The translations under genes and the position numbers were made by a program. Positions 1 through 12,047 of a stretch of DNA of 64,000 bases are shown here, one piece after another; position 1 is the stretch's first letter, and each line of letters begins with the position of its first letter. The DNA is taken from positions 11,594,001-11,658,000 of the forward strand of contig OZ176051.1 of assembly GCA_964247055.1 (NCBI GenBank). The letters are read 5' to 3'. The stretch comes from Paragordius varius. Its lineage: Eukaryota; Animalia; Nematomorpha. The notes under the pieces are model-generated. The model saw only the letters and a list, made by a program, of their open reading frames with translations. It ran no database searches and was not told where the DNA came from.

Positions 1-355
1 ATTTTATTTGCAAATTTTAATCATAAATTCGTGAAATTGATCCATGTACTTGCACCCTAACATGGGGATTAGCAATAAATTTTCGCTGTTTATTTTTAGA
101 ATCTTATCCGTATCTCGGGTGAATACCGTATTTAAATTTAACAAAGCCACAAACTCGGTTCCATTTAAAATTTTAATTTTTTGGGCCTACTTCAACTGTT
201 TTATTATTATTTTATGTTTGTTTAATTAATACATACATATGATAAAAATGTTAATTTTTTTCCATATTAGCACCAAAAAAGTTATGGTTTAAATGTTGAA
301 GACAACTGTTCTTTTCTTTATTAGTAATTTTCAATTATTCTCCGTCTATGGCTCT

Positions 356-357
<2 letters not shown>

Positions 358-386
<29 letters not shown>
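358..386. repeat. (TA)n microsatellite; similar runs at about 5798-5823, 11998-12043, 17746-17774, 18654-18672, 22060-22078, 24828-24844, 34432-34453, 35588-35612, 41323-41342, 47951-47965
   Basis: Directly visible dinucleotide runs. Confidence 0.95.
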
Positions 387-392
<6 letters not shown>

Positions 393-1230
393 CCTTTTTC
401 ATACAAAATCAAAACAATTTTCTAAATATTTATTAAAAAATATTTTTTTTGCTAAATGTTTTGTAAGAATCCATTATCATTAAATTTGGAGTATTTTTCA
501 ATGTTTGCATTATTGAAATTTTCGTTTAAATAAGCGCTGGTTTTAATTTAATTACATGCGCATCGCTACTCTAAATTATATATTTTTAATAATTTAAAGT
601 TTAATATACAAAAACATAAAAATAACCTACTAGATATGCTCGTGAAGCGTTTAAAAGGCCTTAAATATTTTCTAAATTTAAGATAAGTTTTGATTTTGAT
701 TGGGAAATTTTTTTTTGATTGGAATGTTACTAAACAAACTACCTTTTTCGCTATTATATATATTTTTTACTAACGTCATTTTAACGGTCCAATAAAAGCA
801 TTAAAATCTAAATAAACGCCTGATTATTTTAAAGCTAGGAATATTTAAAATTAGTATAATTTATTAAATAATTAAACATTTATAAAAGGAAGTTTTCTGA
901 AGTTTGATATTTTTTGGAACAGAAATCACACTAATTAAGCGACAGACATGATTTTAATTATTTCAATTATGATGCCTAACTCAAAGAGTAAAGCAAAAGA
1001 AGAAGCAAAATATTGGCAAATTTACACTTTTTTACATATTATTTATTGAATATTAATTAAAATTTAATTATTCAGAAAGCGCTATTTATTTATCACATAG
1101 GATATTAGTTGTTTGTCAAATTTTCTTCAAATGACTCCCGATTTTGGCGTTAACACATCTCAAATCGGACCTTAGTCGAGGCCGGTTCAATGTTTCACTA
1201 ATATCTATCCAAATTATTACTAATAGCATA

Positions 1231-4200
1231 ATGACAAAACAATGTCTTTCATCCGATCTAAATGAAAATTACTATCTTTTAATAGTTATTCTCTTTAAAC
1301 TTATATGTTTCATCGGGTTGTGCTTAAATGCGGCGTTTCTCGTCATCTTTACTATGAATATAAAAGATATTTGGGATAGACCAACATACGTGATTTGGAT
1401 TAATATATCGATACTTAACCTGATATGCTTTATACTTATTGTATCTAGACTAGAAAATACTCCATTTTATTTCAACATAATGGCGAACACATCTTATTCA
1501 CAATTGATCTTAACCATAATAAGTATGACCGTACGAAGGGCTATCCACGCGGGTCAACAATATTGCTTTGCCCTGTTAATGATAATAAGGTAAGGTTCAT
1601 ATTTAACATTTGTAATTATATAGTAATAGATACAAAAAATTTTAAAATTAAATTGATTAACACCTCATGACCTTTTCACTTTTTTGTATTATGACATATT
1701 GGGGAGTCTTATATCCCAAAGTTAATGTTGTGAATTTAATACTGTTTTGAAAGTTGTTTTAGTTAAAATTTAATTATTAAACATTGGTTCCCTGCATTAG
1801 ATTAAAAGGCTTATATTTTAATTTTTTATCTTTTATAGTCTAAAATTCAAAATAACCAGCTGATTAAAATAAATAATTGTCAAGTTTTTGCTTGTAAAAT
1901 ATAACCTAGGAACTAAGTAAAATTGTTAGCATCTTACTATAATATACATAATTTGCCTTATTAGCGATTTAAAAAATTTAAGAAAAAAAGTTTGCGAAGA
2001 GGATTTTTTGACAATTTTACATTTTTTCAAAGAGTTTTCTTTGAAGCATGCGCCTTAAAAGCTAAAGAAGCATATTTTTAAATTAGGCCTAAACCTTAAA
2101 TACTTTTTACGATTCATATTTTAAATCGCTGGGATAACTATCCCAAAAGTCATGATTTGTTAAAAATGTCATTGCATGCAAAATTAATTTTTAATGAGAG
2201 TTTAATAATCTATTTTGCAGTCGATATTTTAAAGGATCCTTTTAGTTATTGCAACCTATGTTTAATGTTTACCATAAAATACATACACAAAGCACAACAA
2301 TATTTTATAAGAATTTTTTAGATGTGGGCTCCGCAACTCCCTAATTTTTCCCATTTCTAACATGGGCTAGTTCTTTTGTAAAAATGCCGAGATTGCGCGA
2401 TAATAATTGTAAATAAATGCTAAATCAGGGGTGTCCAACAGGTGATTCTGTAGTTTGGCTCTTTGAAATTTTTGAGTAGCTCTTTAAAAAAATAAAAAAA
2501 TTACTTTTGAGTGGCGATGTAAAATTCAATTTTTTAAAAAAAATAAAAATTTTCAATAAAAAAAACATACAGTTTTGAGTCTCTTTTTTCCTTTTTTTAT
2601 TAAAGGGTAAGGACTTAAATCCGGACATGGGCTTTAACACTCGCCTGCCCAGGGCTGACAGTGATGATGGATTTTTTAATATTTTTTATTATTTTTCATC
2701 ACATTCATTTCATCATTTATCTCCTTTACAATCTCTAAATCTTTAAAAAACTTGCCACTGTGAACTTTTTTTGGTAATTATTTAGTAAATGAGCCATATT
2801 TCTGAAAAGTCACATTTTTAATATAGCAATACCCATATTATTGGACTTATAAATTACTTTTTTAAAATTTTCAACCGGTAAATGTTTTTTATTTATTTAA
2901 TGAAAGAGCTCTCATTTTTTATATAGCAATACCAATATATTGGAGTTAAAAATAAGATATTCGAAAATATTTGCAATTGGTAAATGTTTTATTTAATTGT
3001 TTATGCTTTAAAGCAGATGATAATATAAAAATAACTACATTTCTAACCACATTGGTCATTGTAAAAGGAATATGGTAAAATCTAGGTGAAAGCAGTTCAT
3101 TGTTAATATTGCTCTTTATTAAACGTCGGATTATATTTTAATACAATTATAAAAGATTCCTCCGTAGCCCATATTTCTAATATATTATTTAAAATATATT
3201 TAAATAATGCATGATAAATACAGTTCAGAAGTCCTCTAAGCGGGGTAATTTAAGTTATTCTGTGAAAAGATTCATCAATTTCTCGAATAGAATTTATTGT
3301 GATATATTTTATATTTGTGCTTTTATTAATGGATATTATATATATTTAAGAAATTAAGTTTTATTTGTCCATGGACTTTATAAAATATTTTGGTTTTTTA
3401 TTACAATTTAACAGCATAAGCATTTTACTATTTTGTTATTTATATGAAAACAAACACATATCTATATAATATAATAAATTTATTTGATACTTAAGTCTTG
3501 ATATATATATATTCATTCAAATGTGGCTCTTTGGATTTTCGAGGCCAAAAATGTGGCACTTTAAACCATTTTTGTTGGACACCCCTGAGCTAAATCATCT
3601 AACAATAGATATTATGTCTAAATTTAATTTACAGCAAAATTTTGTTGAAGCGACTCATAGCACGGCCTACGGGCAGCCTGCGGCCATAAAAGTGCTTTTT
3701 TATGGATTTGAATCATTTTTTGAATATTTTGCTTTACTTATATGGAATATCAGAAAATGTGATTAACAGCTATAAAATTTTTATCGGTATTATGTCCGTT
3801 GACAGAAGAAAAATATTTTTTGGCCCTTTAGAAATTTTCGGTGAGCACCACTGATTATAGTATTAAAACAGTTTTATTCTAACATATACAAACGCTGAAC
3901 ATTTTTCTCACCTTAGTTTATTTTAAATGTATTTAAATTTCGGTAACAAAAAATTTACGACAAATGAATATTTTAATCAAACTTCTGAGAAGAAATGTTT
4001 ATCATCATCGAATATATAGAAAAAGTCCTTTTATAATATCTTAGAGCGTTTTTATATCGTTTCCATCATGCCTCAAAAGAGTATGCAGAAAGCTTCAACA
4101 CAATTTTGCTATTAATTAAATTTTTAAGCGAAATATATCAATTTCGGAAAAACTTTATTTGAGGTATTTTTATAAAATTTTATTGCTCAATATATCCGTC

Positions 4201-7050
4201 TTTTTTCGTGTATTATAAGAGAATTGCCTTATAAACAAGCCCAATGAAACTCTCGGAACCGGCATCTAAAATTTTAATTGTATAATTATTGTTTTGCTTT
4301 TTTACGTAGTTTATTTTTAGGTGAAAATTTTTGGAATAAATAAAAATTTTTTCTTCAACATGTTCGCAAATTTTTCCATTTTCTGATATGGAGCAATTCC
4401 CACAAATGTGTATATAACTTTTTTGAAACACGAGTAAAGGCCCAAACCAAAGTACCATTGTATTTTCTTATCGGAGTTTTTATTTCATCTGGATATTTAC
4501 ACCTTCGATTTAGGACGAAGTGTTATACGACATTTTTAAATTTCAATTTTAATGAAAAATAATCTCAAAAATTTTGCTCTTGAAGGAAAATTTCATTATT
4601 TAGTCAAATTTTAAATCATTTGAAAATTTAGGTTATGTTGGTGTAAACCAGGGGTGTCCTACATACGGCCCTCCAAAACAATATGTACGGCCCGTGAAAA
4701 ATTTGGAAATTCTCTATTTGCTAAATATGCTTATGAACAAAATGGAGGTTTTTGAATATTTTTAGTATAAACTATCCGATTGGCAACGAACTTGAAAATA
4801 TTGTTATATTGAACATGCATTTTACAGTCTTATGTTATGTTACAAAATATTTTTCATCCGAATTTTTGAGTCGAAAATGCGGCCGAGGAGTTTGTTTGGA
4901 CACCCCTGGTCTCCGGCTGTTCGCGATTTTTTCGGTGGTCCGCAAAAAAATTGAAAATATACCAAATATTTATATACTAAAAATAATAATAACTCTCGAA
5001 ATATTATTTTTAAGTTATAATGTCTTTCAGTAAGTATACCTATCAATTTTATCATCACCATTGATTGCTCAGTAAAGGGTTAAGTTATTAGGGCGTTTTG
5101 AATTTTTAATACATTTTGTTAGATTTAGGGGTACCTTAAGAAAAAAATATTTTAAGGCTGTTTCAATAACGAAAATAAAATCTTAAAATTGATTCCTCAT
5201 TTTTATTAAAAAAATCTTAAATTTTTAAAATGTAGACGCGGTTTTCTTCTTTAATTTTTCTTTTCTTTGACATTTTATTACATTTTTTCTATGGTAAATA
5301 TAAATCTTTTTACCAATAAGTTGAAATTATGGCTTATTTTTCAAGTCATTCATGTGTTCATGTGAGCATATAAACATCCAGCAGTAAACTAGTCAAATGA
5401 AAGAATGCGTTTTAAGCAACCCTTTATACTAAACTAGGTAATGGTTATTAAAGTTGTATAACAAAATAAAACTTTTGAAAAGACATGCTAAAAATTTATT
5501 AATTTTTTAAGACTTTTTGCAAAAAAATTATTGGGCCCATGTTGCCGACCCCTGTGTTAACATGTGCAATTTTAAAAAAAATATTTTTGGAGGAGAGTTT
5601 ACTGCAGATAGTTAGATGAAAAATAGATATTGTCTAAAAAAAGCTGTTTGTTAAACATGATATGCCTCCGCAAAAATTGAATTAATTAAAGGTTCACTTG
5701 CAAAATTTATTTCTTAGGTTTTTTGATAAACACATAAAATTGTTTATAGAGTTGAATTTACATTAGTAATGTCAATATTAATGTAATACTGCAAAAGTAT
5801 ATATATATATATATATATATATATGATTTTTCATTGAATATCAAATTAATCATAACTATCATAAATCTATGTAAAATCCGCCGGTGCACAATGTGGTAAA
5901 AAATTTATTTACATTTTTATGGATCTTTAACTTAATGAAAATATGTAAAAATATATATTTAAAGATCGTAAAGATAAGCCATTTTTAAATTAGAAATCAA
6001 TCAATGTCTCAAATTATTGGGTGTGTTAATATGGCAGTTAACTATAGCCAAAGATATTTAACATGCATTTTTACGGGATACTATTTTTTGGATTTTAAAA
6101 GAGATCAAATAATTTTTCTAGCACTTATTTAATATTTTTTAATCTGATGATTCTAAATTTAATAACAGATAAATAAAGGTAGAAATAAATAGCAAGTTCA
6201 ACCTTTTAGTTCCGTGTTCAAAATCTGTTAAAATTTTTAATGCCATATGTTAATATTTTTTTAACGCGGCCAAATTTTAATAGTGGAAAAGCGGCCCTCG
6301 AATGAATTTGTGTTAAACACCTCTAGTCTTAACTCTAAAAAAGCCATATTTTTCCAAATTTATTAAATTTGTATTTTTGAATAGATATGTTGCAATCGTA
6401 TACCCTGTGCGTTATCAAAATGGAAGGAGGAAAAAAATAATAAGATTTATTCCGGCTTTAATAATTTTATGTGTTCTTATTGTCTACAGCCTATTCCATT
6501 ATAAAAAAGGCATAAGAAAATGTATTCAGGAAAATCAAATTTGGTATTATTTTATAACCCGAGGCCAACCGAATTCCCCATATGTTAATGCTTTATTATA
6601 TATTATACTACTCATACCTCCAATACTCGTCTTAGGATTCGGAATAAAATCTATTATATTAATGAAGAATATGCATGATCATAACATTCATCATATAAAC
6701 ATAAAAAATAAAAGTCCTATAGCCACATTAGGTGTTACTATAGCACAGACATCTACCTCAAAGTGTGAAGGTAGTTACAAATCCAATATGGTTCTGTTAA
6801 TTTATTACTTATTGGAATAATACCCGATCTTCTTTATTTAAGTCTGGAGAAATATTTTAGTAATTCCGGAACAGTGAGAAGTTATGAAATGCGCCAATTT
6901 ATGAATGGGCTCTTAGTGTTTGATTTTGTTTACTTTTTATATGCAACCATCTTGCCCATATATTTTGATGCCAACATTTACAAAACGTTTTTCCATAGAA
7001 CTTTGATTATTTTAAGGGTAAAAAAACCGAGACAAATAAGCCCATTGTGA
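1231..7050 (+). CDS. Divergent rhodopsin-like (class A) 7TM GPCR, two exons (1231-1589, 6385-7050), about 341 aa if one apparent 1-nt frameshift near 6780 is corrected; possible pseudogene
   Basis: Exon 1 has hydrophobic TM1 (GLCLNAAFLVIF) and TM2 (INISILNLI) and ends ATA AG|gtaagg. Exon 2 starts aatag|A TAT GTT, giving LLMII-RYVAIVYPVRY at the DRY position, followed by TM4 and TM5. TM6 (VNLLLIGIIPDLLYL) and TM7 (FVYFLYATILPIYF) lie in a shifted frame ending at TGA 7050. Confidence 0.7.
1965..2160 (+). repeat. Unclassified dispersed repeat, copy 1 (copy 2 at about 44795-44990)
   Basis: Colinear similarity: aaagagttttctttgaagcatgcgccttaaaagctaaagaagcatattttt...ttttaaatcgctggga versus aaagagtttttttgcataatgcgcctaaaagattagagaaggcatattttt...ttttaaatcactctggga. 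Confidence 0.55.
2426..3587. mobile_element. Non-autonomous hAT-type DNA transposon (1162 bp) in the GPCR intron
   Basis: Perfect 15-bp TIRs CAGGGGTGTCCAACA / TGTTGGACACCCCTG, flanked by an 8-bp near-duplication (tgctaaat / agctaaat, 7 of 8), the hAT TSD length. No transposase ORF. Internal ~100-bp tandem duplication at about 2820-3000. Confidence 0.85.
4649..4908. mobile_element. hAT-family MITE (about 260 bp)
   Basis: TIRs CAGGGGTGTCC / GGACACCCCTG with subterminal GGCC-rich motifs. A homologous inverted copy lies at about 8360-8650 (shared acataagactgtaaaat, ttcgttRcca). The TSD is not cleanly preserved. Confidence 0.8.
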
Positions 7051-7851
7051 ACAATAGAAAAGAAAAACCATTGTTTATTATATTTATCATGCCGATAAAA
7101 ATAAATTAATTACTTGATTTATATATTATTTGATACTTCAGCAATTTGAAAATAGATTTGGAAATTGAAAAAATAAGCTATCTATCACTTTTTGGGCGCA
7201 AGTGCAATTTAAAAACTATTTTCACCACCATTCAATAAAAGAGGCAAATGGTTGATAATATGAGTTATGCTAAAATTCGGGACTCTACATAAAAACTGTA
7301 ATATAAGCTTTTTACCTATTAATATGATTTTTTCAAGATTGCTATATAACAGACTAACTTGCTAATTTGATTTATAAATTTTTATAAACTTTTTTTCTAA
7401 TATATTTTAAAGCACGTAAAAATAAACCCAAAGTGTCGTATTTGAAAAATTTATTTTTTTATGATTTTTTATGCCTTTTATGATTTTATTCATAGTATTT
7501 TTAACAAAAATATTTAGGATAAAATCTTCCAATTTTTTGCATTTTATCAGAAATAAAACATAGAACGATGCCAAATATGTTAATATGTGTGTTGTTTAAA
7601 TTGGAAATATTTGTAGCATTTAAAACAATTATAATACCCATAGTCAAGCTGAATGAAAACTAGGAAAGAAATTTATTAAACATAATAGAAATATATTATT
7701 GTAATTCCAATGCAATGGAATGATTACTACCCATGTGAAATGGACGTGATTATGCTACTCTTATAATATATATCTCGTAAAATAGTGGTTATTTCCTATG
7801 TGGCCATCATGGCTACAATTACTAATTCTAATGAGATATTCAATTCAATTA

Positions 7852-9226
7852 TATACCATTTCCCAGTCAAAATAAACGTTTTCCCAGTCAATCGAAACAT
7901 TTTCCCAATCGATCGAAACGTTTTCCCAGTCAATCGAAACACTTTCCCAGTCAATAAAAGCATTTTCTCAATCAATAAAAACGTTTTCCCAGTCAATAAA
8001 AAGGGTTTTCTTTTTAATGATAAATATCAAAACAAGATATAAAAATAACTTTTAACCATTTATCAGCGTAATATTAGGATATTATTTTTTATAAAAACAC
8101 AATTCGAATGACATTTTTTCCAAATATATTCCATAAACAATCATTAATGACTTATTCTTTAAAAGTTATATTTTTTTAAATTTGAGATATAATATTTTTT
8201 TTATCGATGGTTCGCATCAATATTTGCCGAACGCTTCAAAACACTTTATAGTCAAGTTTGTCGATATAAGTACTGTCGGAAAAAAACATCTAAACAAAAT
8301 TTTTTTGATAAATATGTTTTTGATTTAGAAATATTAAATAAAAAGATATTTGACTAAAACAGGGGTGTATAACCAAATGTCTTCGCGGGCCGCATTTTTG
8401 CTTAAAAAGCATGGCGTTCCGCATTCGGAGTATATAAGGGCATTCATAAATAACTTTTCGATTAGACATAAGACTGTAAAATACAAACACAATATTACAA
8501 TTTTTTTTAATTCGTTACCAATATAATAGACTCGTTCAGAATAAATGCCTGAGAAATATGAAGATTCTGTGGGCATATTTTGCATATGGATTTTCAAATT
8601 TTTGGCGGGCCATACAAAGATACTCGGGAGACCGCCTTGGGCCCCCGATCGACCAAATGATAAATATTATAAAATTAGGGTAAAATTTATGTTTATTAAT
8701 ATGAAGTGTTAAATGACCTTGAAAAAATGGTATATTTTTATAAATTTATTATTTCATCCATAACTATAGATTTTTTAAGTTAGCCGCAAATAATGCAAAT
8801 TATCAATAAAATAAAAAATATTATATTAAAAATATCTCAAATTTCAAAAAATATAACTTTTAAAGAATAAGTCATTAATGATTGTTTATGGAATATATTT
8901 GAAAAAAATGTCATTGGAATTGTGTTTTCATAAAAAATCATATGCTAATATTACGCTGATAATGGTTAAAAGTTATTTTATCTTGTTTTGATATTTATCA
9001 TCAAAAAGAAAACCGTTTTTATTGACTAGGAAAACGTTTTTATTGATTGGAAAAATGCTTTTATTGACTGGGAAAATGTTTCGATTGACTGGAAAAACGT
9101 TTCGATTGACTGGGAAAATGTTTCGATTAACTGGGAAAATTCGATTGACTGGTAAAATGTTTCGATTGATTGGGAAAATGTTTCGATTGAATGGGAAAAC
9201 GTTTATTTTGACTGGGAAATGGTATA
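7852..9226. mobile_element. Foldback-like element: ~340-400 bp inverted arms (7852-~8200, ~8810-9226), each with a 21-nt tandem array at the outer end
   Basis: The right arm is the reverse complement of the left arm. Unit TTTTCCCAGTCAATCGAAAC(A/G), about 7 copies left and about 10 right. Ends read TATA-CCATTTCCCAGTC / GACTGGGAAATGG-TATA. Confidence 0.85.
8360..8650. mobile_element. hAT-family MITE nested in the loop of the foldback element
   Basis: Begins CAGGGGTGT and aligns by eye to the reverse complement of 4649-4908; the right TIR is degraded. Confidence 0.7.
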
Positions 9227-10101
9227 CATTATGAACTCATTAAAGAACCAATGTGTGGGAAAAAGTTGATTTCAAAATAGAATGAAACTTAGTAGTCCTG
9301 TTACATGCATAAAGGAAGGGATAAACATTGATTACCAATTTCGAATAATAAATGTAAAAATTAATATGCGTTCACAAATTATTAATATTAAAGCAAAAAA
9401 TTGGTATTCCAATGCTATTATAGGGTCTACATGTCATAATATAAATATTCTTCATCACTAATGGAAACCTCTTTGTCATTTCACTTCCATATAAAAGCGG
9501 TTTTAATTTTTAAAAATCGGACTAAAATAAAACAAAATTCCTATGTTTTACGACGTTTTGTTTATGTTCAAAAACGTATTTATAATTGATACAAGAATTA
9601 ATTTTTCCATTTATAATCTAACTCATACCATTATTTTATGTATTATTTATAATTATATTTATTTGTTAAGTAAGTCTAGATAGTAAAGGATTTTTTTATT
9701 CAACCGACCCTTACTAGTCTCAATTAAGCCATACCAGTCACTAGTAAAATAATAGCTAAAATCTTCAATTATTTTTTACAATTGAATTTACCTTGTTAGT
9801 AATACTAGGTGATACTTATTTTTATTCAACAGACCCTGAAAATTGCACAATTTGCTTACATGTTGCAAAAATTATTTTTGATAAGGCTGAATATTTTTTT
9901 AAAATATCATTAGCAATTTATATTATTGAAATGAGATCCGAAAGTCCTATGTTTTTGTGGATAATTTGCTTAATTATTTTGGTTGGGGAAATTAGATTGG
10001 CTGGAAAATTGTATTGATCGACCGAGAAACACTTTTTAGATTGGAATATGTGTAATAAACTGATTCATTTTATCCATTTCATCTTCAAATTTACTATCTG
10101 A

Positions 10102-10532
10102 CTAAATAAAAATCTTCTTTGTATAGTATTTTTCACTAGTATACATATCTTGAAACAGTGAGACTATTATTAAGGATATAAAAATTTATTTGTGAAATAT
10201 ATATCACTATATTTATTGGTAGTAAGCTATATATTTATAAAAATGGAAAGTGGAGGCTTTGTCTGTTTCCGGAAAACCGGTAGACCCATTCAATCCAAAT
10301 GTCGAAAAAATTAATCCTAAATAAAAATCTTCTTTGTATAATGTTTTTCACTAGTATACATATCTTGAAACAGTGAGACTATTATTAAGGATATAAAAAA
10401 TTTATTTGTGAAATATATATCACTATATTTATTGGTAGTAAGCTATATATTTATAAAAATGGAAAGTGGAGGCTTTGTCTGTTTCCGGAAAACCGGTAGA
10501 CCCATTCAATCCAAATGTCGAAAAAATTAATC
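10102..10532 (+). repeat. Near-perfect direct tandem duplication (215/216 bp units, 10102-10316 and 10317-10532)
   Basis: Both units run ctaaataaaaatcttctttgtata...gtcgaaaaaattaatc and differ by a few substitutions and one A. Confidence 0.95.
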
Positions 10533-11650
10533 ATTAATGAATGCCCCGACAATAGCTTCGCCTTTTTTTGAATTAGGCCATCAGTTCGGGTCTACACCGT
10601 GTAAAAAACGGTTTTCTGTTGAAAATAGAAGTCCACAAAAACGTGTCTTTGAGACATTTTTCCCGAAAACGTGTTGGACCATTCGATTTCAAATATGATT
10701 TTTTTAGTTATTTTCGCTTGAGCCGAACATAGTCGGCCGCTTTTTTAATATAGGCGCTCTTTTTACCTGCTCCCCCCGTAAAACGCCAATTTGAATCTAT
10801 TTATCGCCCAAAGTATGAGACCGTAAAAATTCATAAAAATTCCAGTTATCCCCAGTTAAAAGGCAAATTTTAGTCAAGCGTTTCTTTGATGATATTTGCT
10901 GGGTAAGGATATACCCGCTAAGACCCGTCATATCGAAATAGCCTGCCTTTGTGGCTAAATTTCAGAAAACCTATCAGGCCATATGAGTTTAATGGCTGCT
11001 TAAAGTATTACCCGTAACAAGGCAAAAATTTAGATCGTGCGGTTTTTGAAAATTAGCCGTTAATTAGGCCCTTCACGCCCTGAAAAATGCGCCAGCATAG
11101 AATGAGTTTTAATTTAGAGGCAATTTATCCAAAAACTAATGAGATCATATGGAATCAATCATGATTCCAGGTATTCTCCGTAAAAAGGCAAAAATTTTGA
11201 TCAAGCGACTTTTTTGTATCAGCCTCTGGGTAGGGAGCTATCAGCCAAAAACTGCGCCACTATATAGAAATTGCGTTGTTTTGGAACTAAAGAAAACTTA
11301 TACCATATGAGCTCATTTAAGGTTCGAAATATTACCAACTAGGTAAAAATAAGTGCCTTTTTTATTAGCCGTTAATTTGGGGCCTTTATGCCCTAAAAAT
11401 ACGTCATCATATGATTATTTAGTGTTGAGATATTTTTTCGAATAACCTATGAGACGATGGTCTCAAAGATGATTCCAAATATTTTCCCTATAAAGGCAAA
11501 AAATTTAACTCTCTTTTTCCATATAGGCCTATGGGTAGGGATCTACCGGTTTAAAATTGAGACGCTGTACAAAAATGGCGTGGCTTTGGAGCTAATTTTC
11601 AAAAAACATAAGAAGCCATGCGAGTTTAACAAAGGCTTAAAGTATGATTA
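10227..11650 (+). mobile_element. Non-autonomous Helitron-family copy, 3' end missing, with ~320-bp degenerate internal tandem units
   Basis: Colinear with 37479-38355 from ctatatatttataaaaatggaaagtgg onward. Repeated blocks at about 10851-11172, 11173-11484 and 11485-11650. No hairpin or CTAG end seen. Confidence 0.7.
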
Positions 11651-11680
11651 AGATAATTTAATAATTTATAATTATCAAGA

Positions 11681-11993
11681 TTAGGTCTTATTTATCGCAG
11701 TAAAGTAATTGCAAGCATTAGTTGCTAATCTGTGTTTAGTCTTCGGTTCAGAAGCTAGAATGTTTACCAGTGACAAATTAGCGTTGAACGTAATGGGAAG
11801 AACAAATATTTCGGCCCCTAAAAATAAAAATTAATATTTTACCTGGTAATAATAAATTAAAAATACTTTAAAGTGTAGTACATGGGTGTCCAGCACGCGG
11901 TCTTGTTATTTTTATAAAAAAGCTTAGAATAGATGTTAAATAATTTCTATATAACTCAAAGTTTGGCAACAACTAGCACAAATGGTGCAATAA

Positions 11994-12047
<54 letters not shown>

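Noticed and set aside
4213-4520. Minus-strand words resembling a MULE transposase (LVWAFT..KKLYTHLWELL, ESFIGLVYKAI)
   Set aside because: Only two short fuzzy matches, with no catalytic motif or TIRs. Too weak to call without a search.
7785-9234. ORFs 7785-8042, 7796-7996 and 9022-9234 with repeating peptides; CRISPR-like appearance of the arrays
   Set aside because: They are by-products of stop-free 21-nt tandem repeats. The units abut with no unique spacers, no cas genes are present, and the DNA is eukaryotic.
9280-10017. Short open frames after the foldback element, including ORF 9793-10017
   Set aside because: Removing the element in silico gives a frame that stops within about 15 codons, and no family motif was found.
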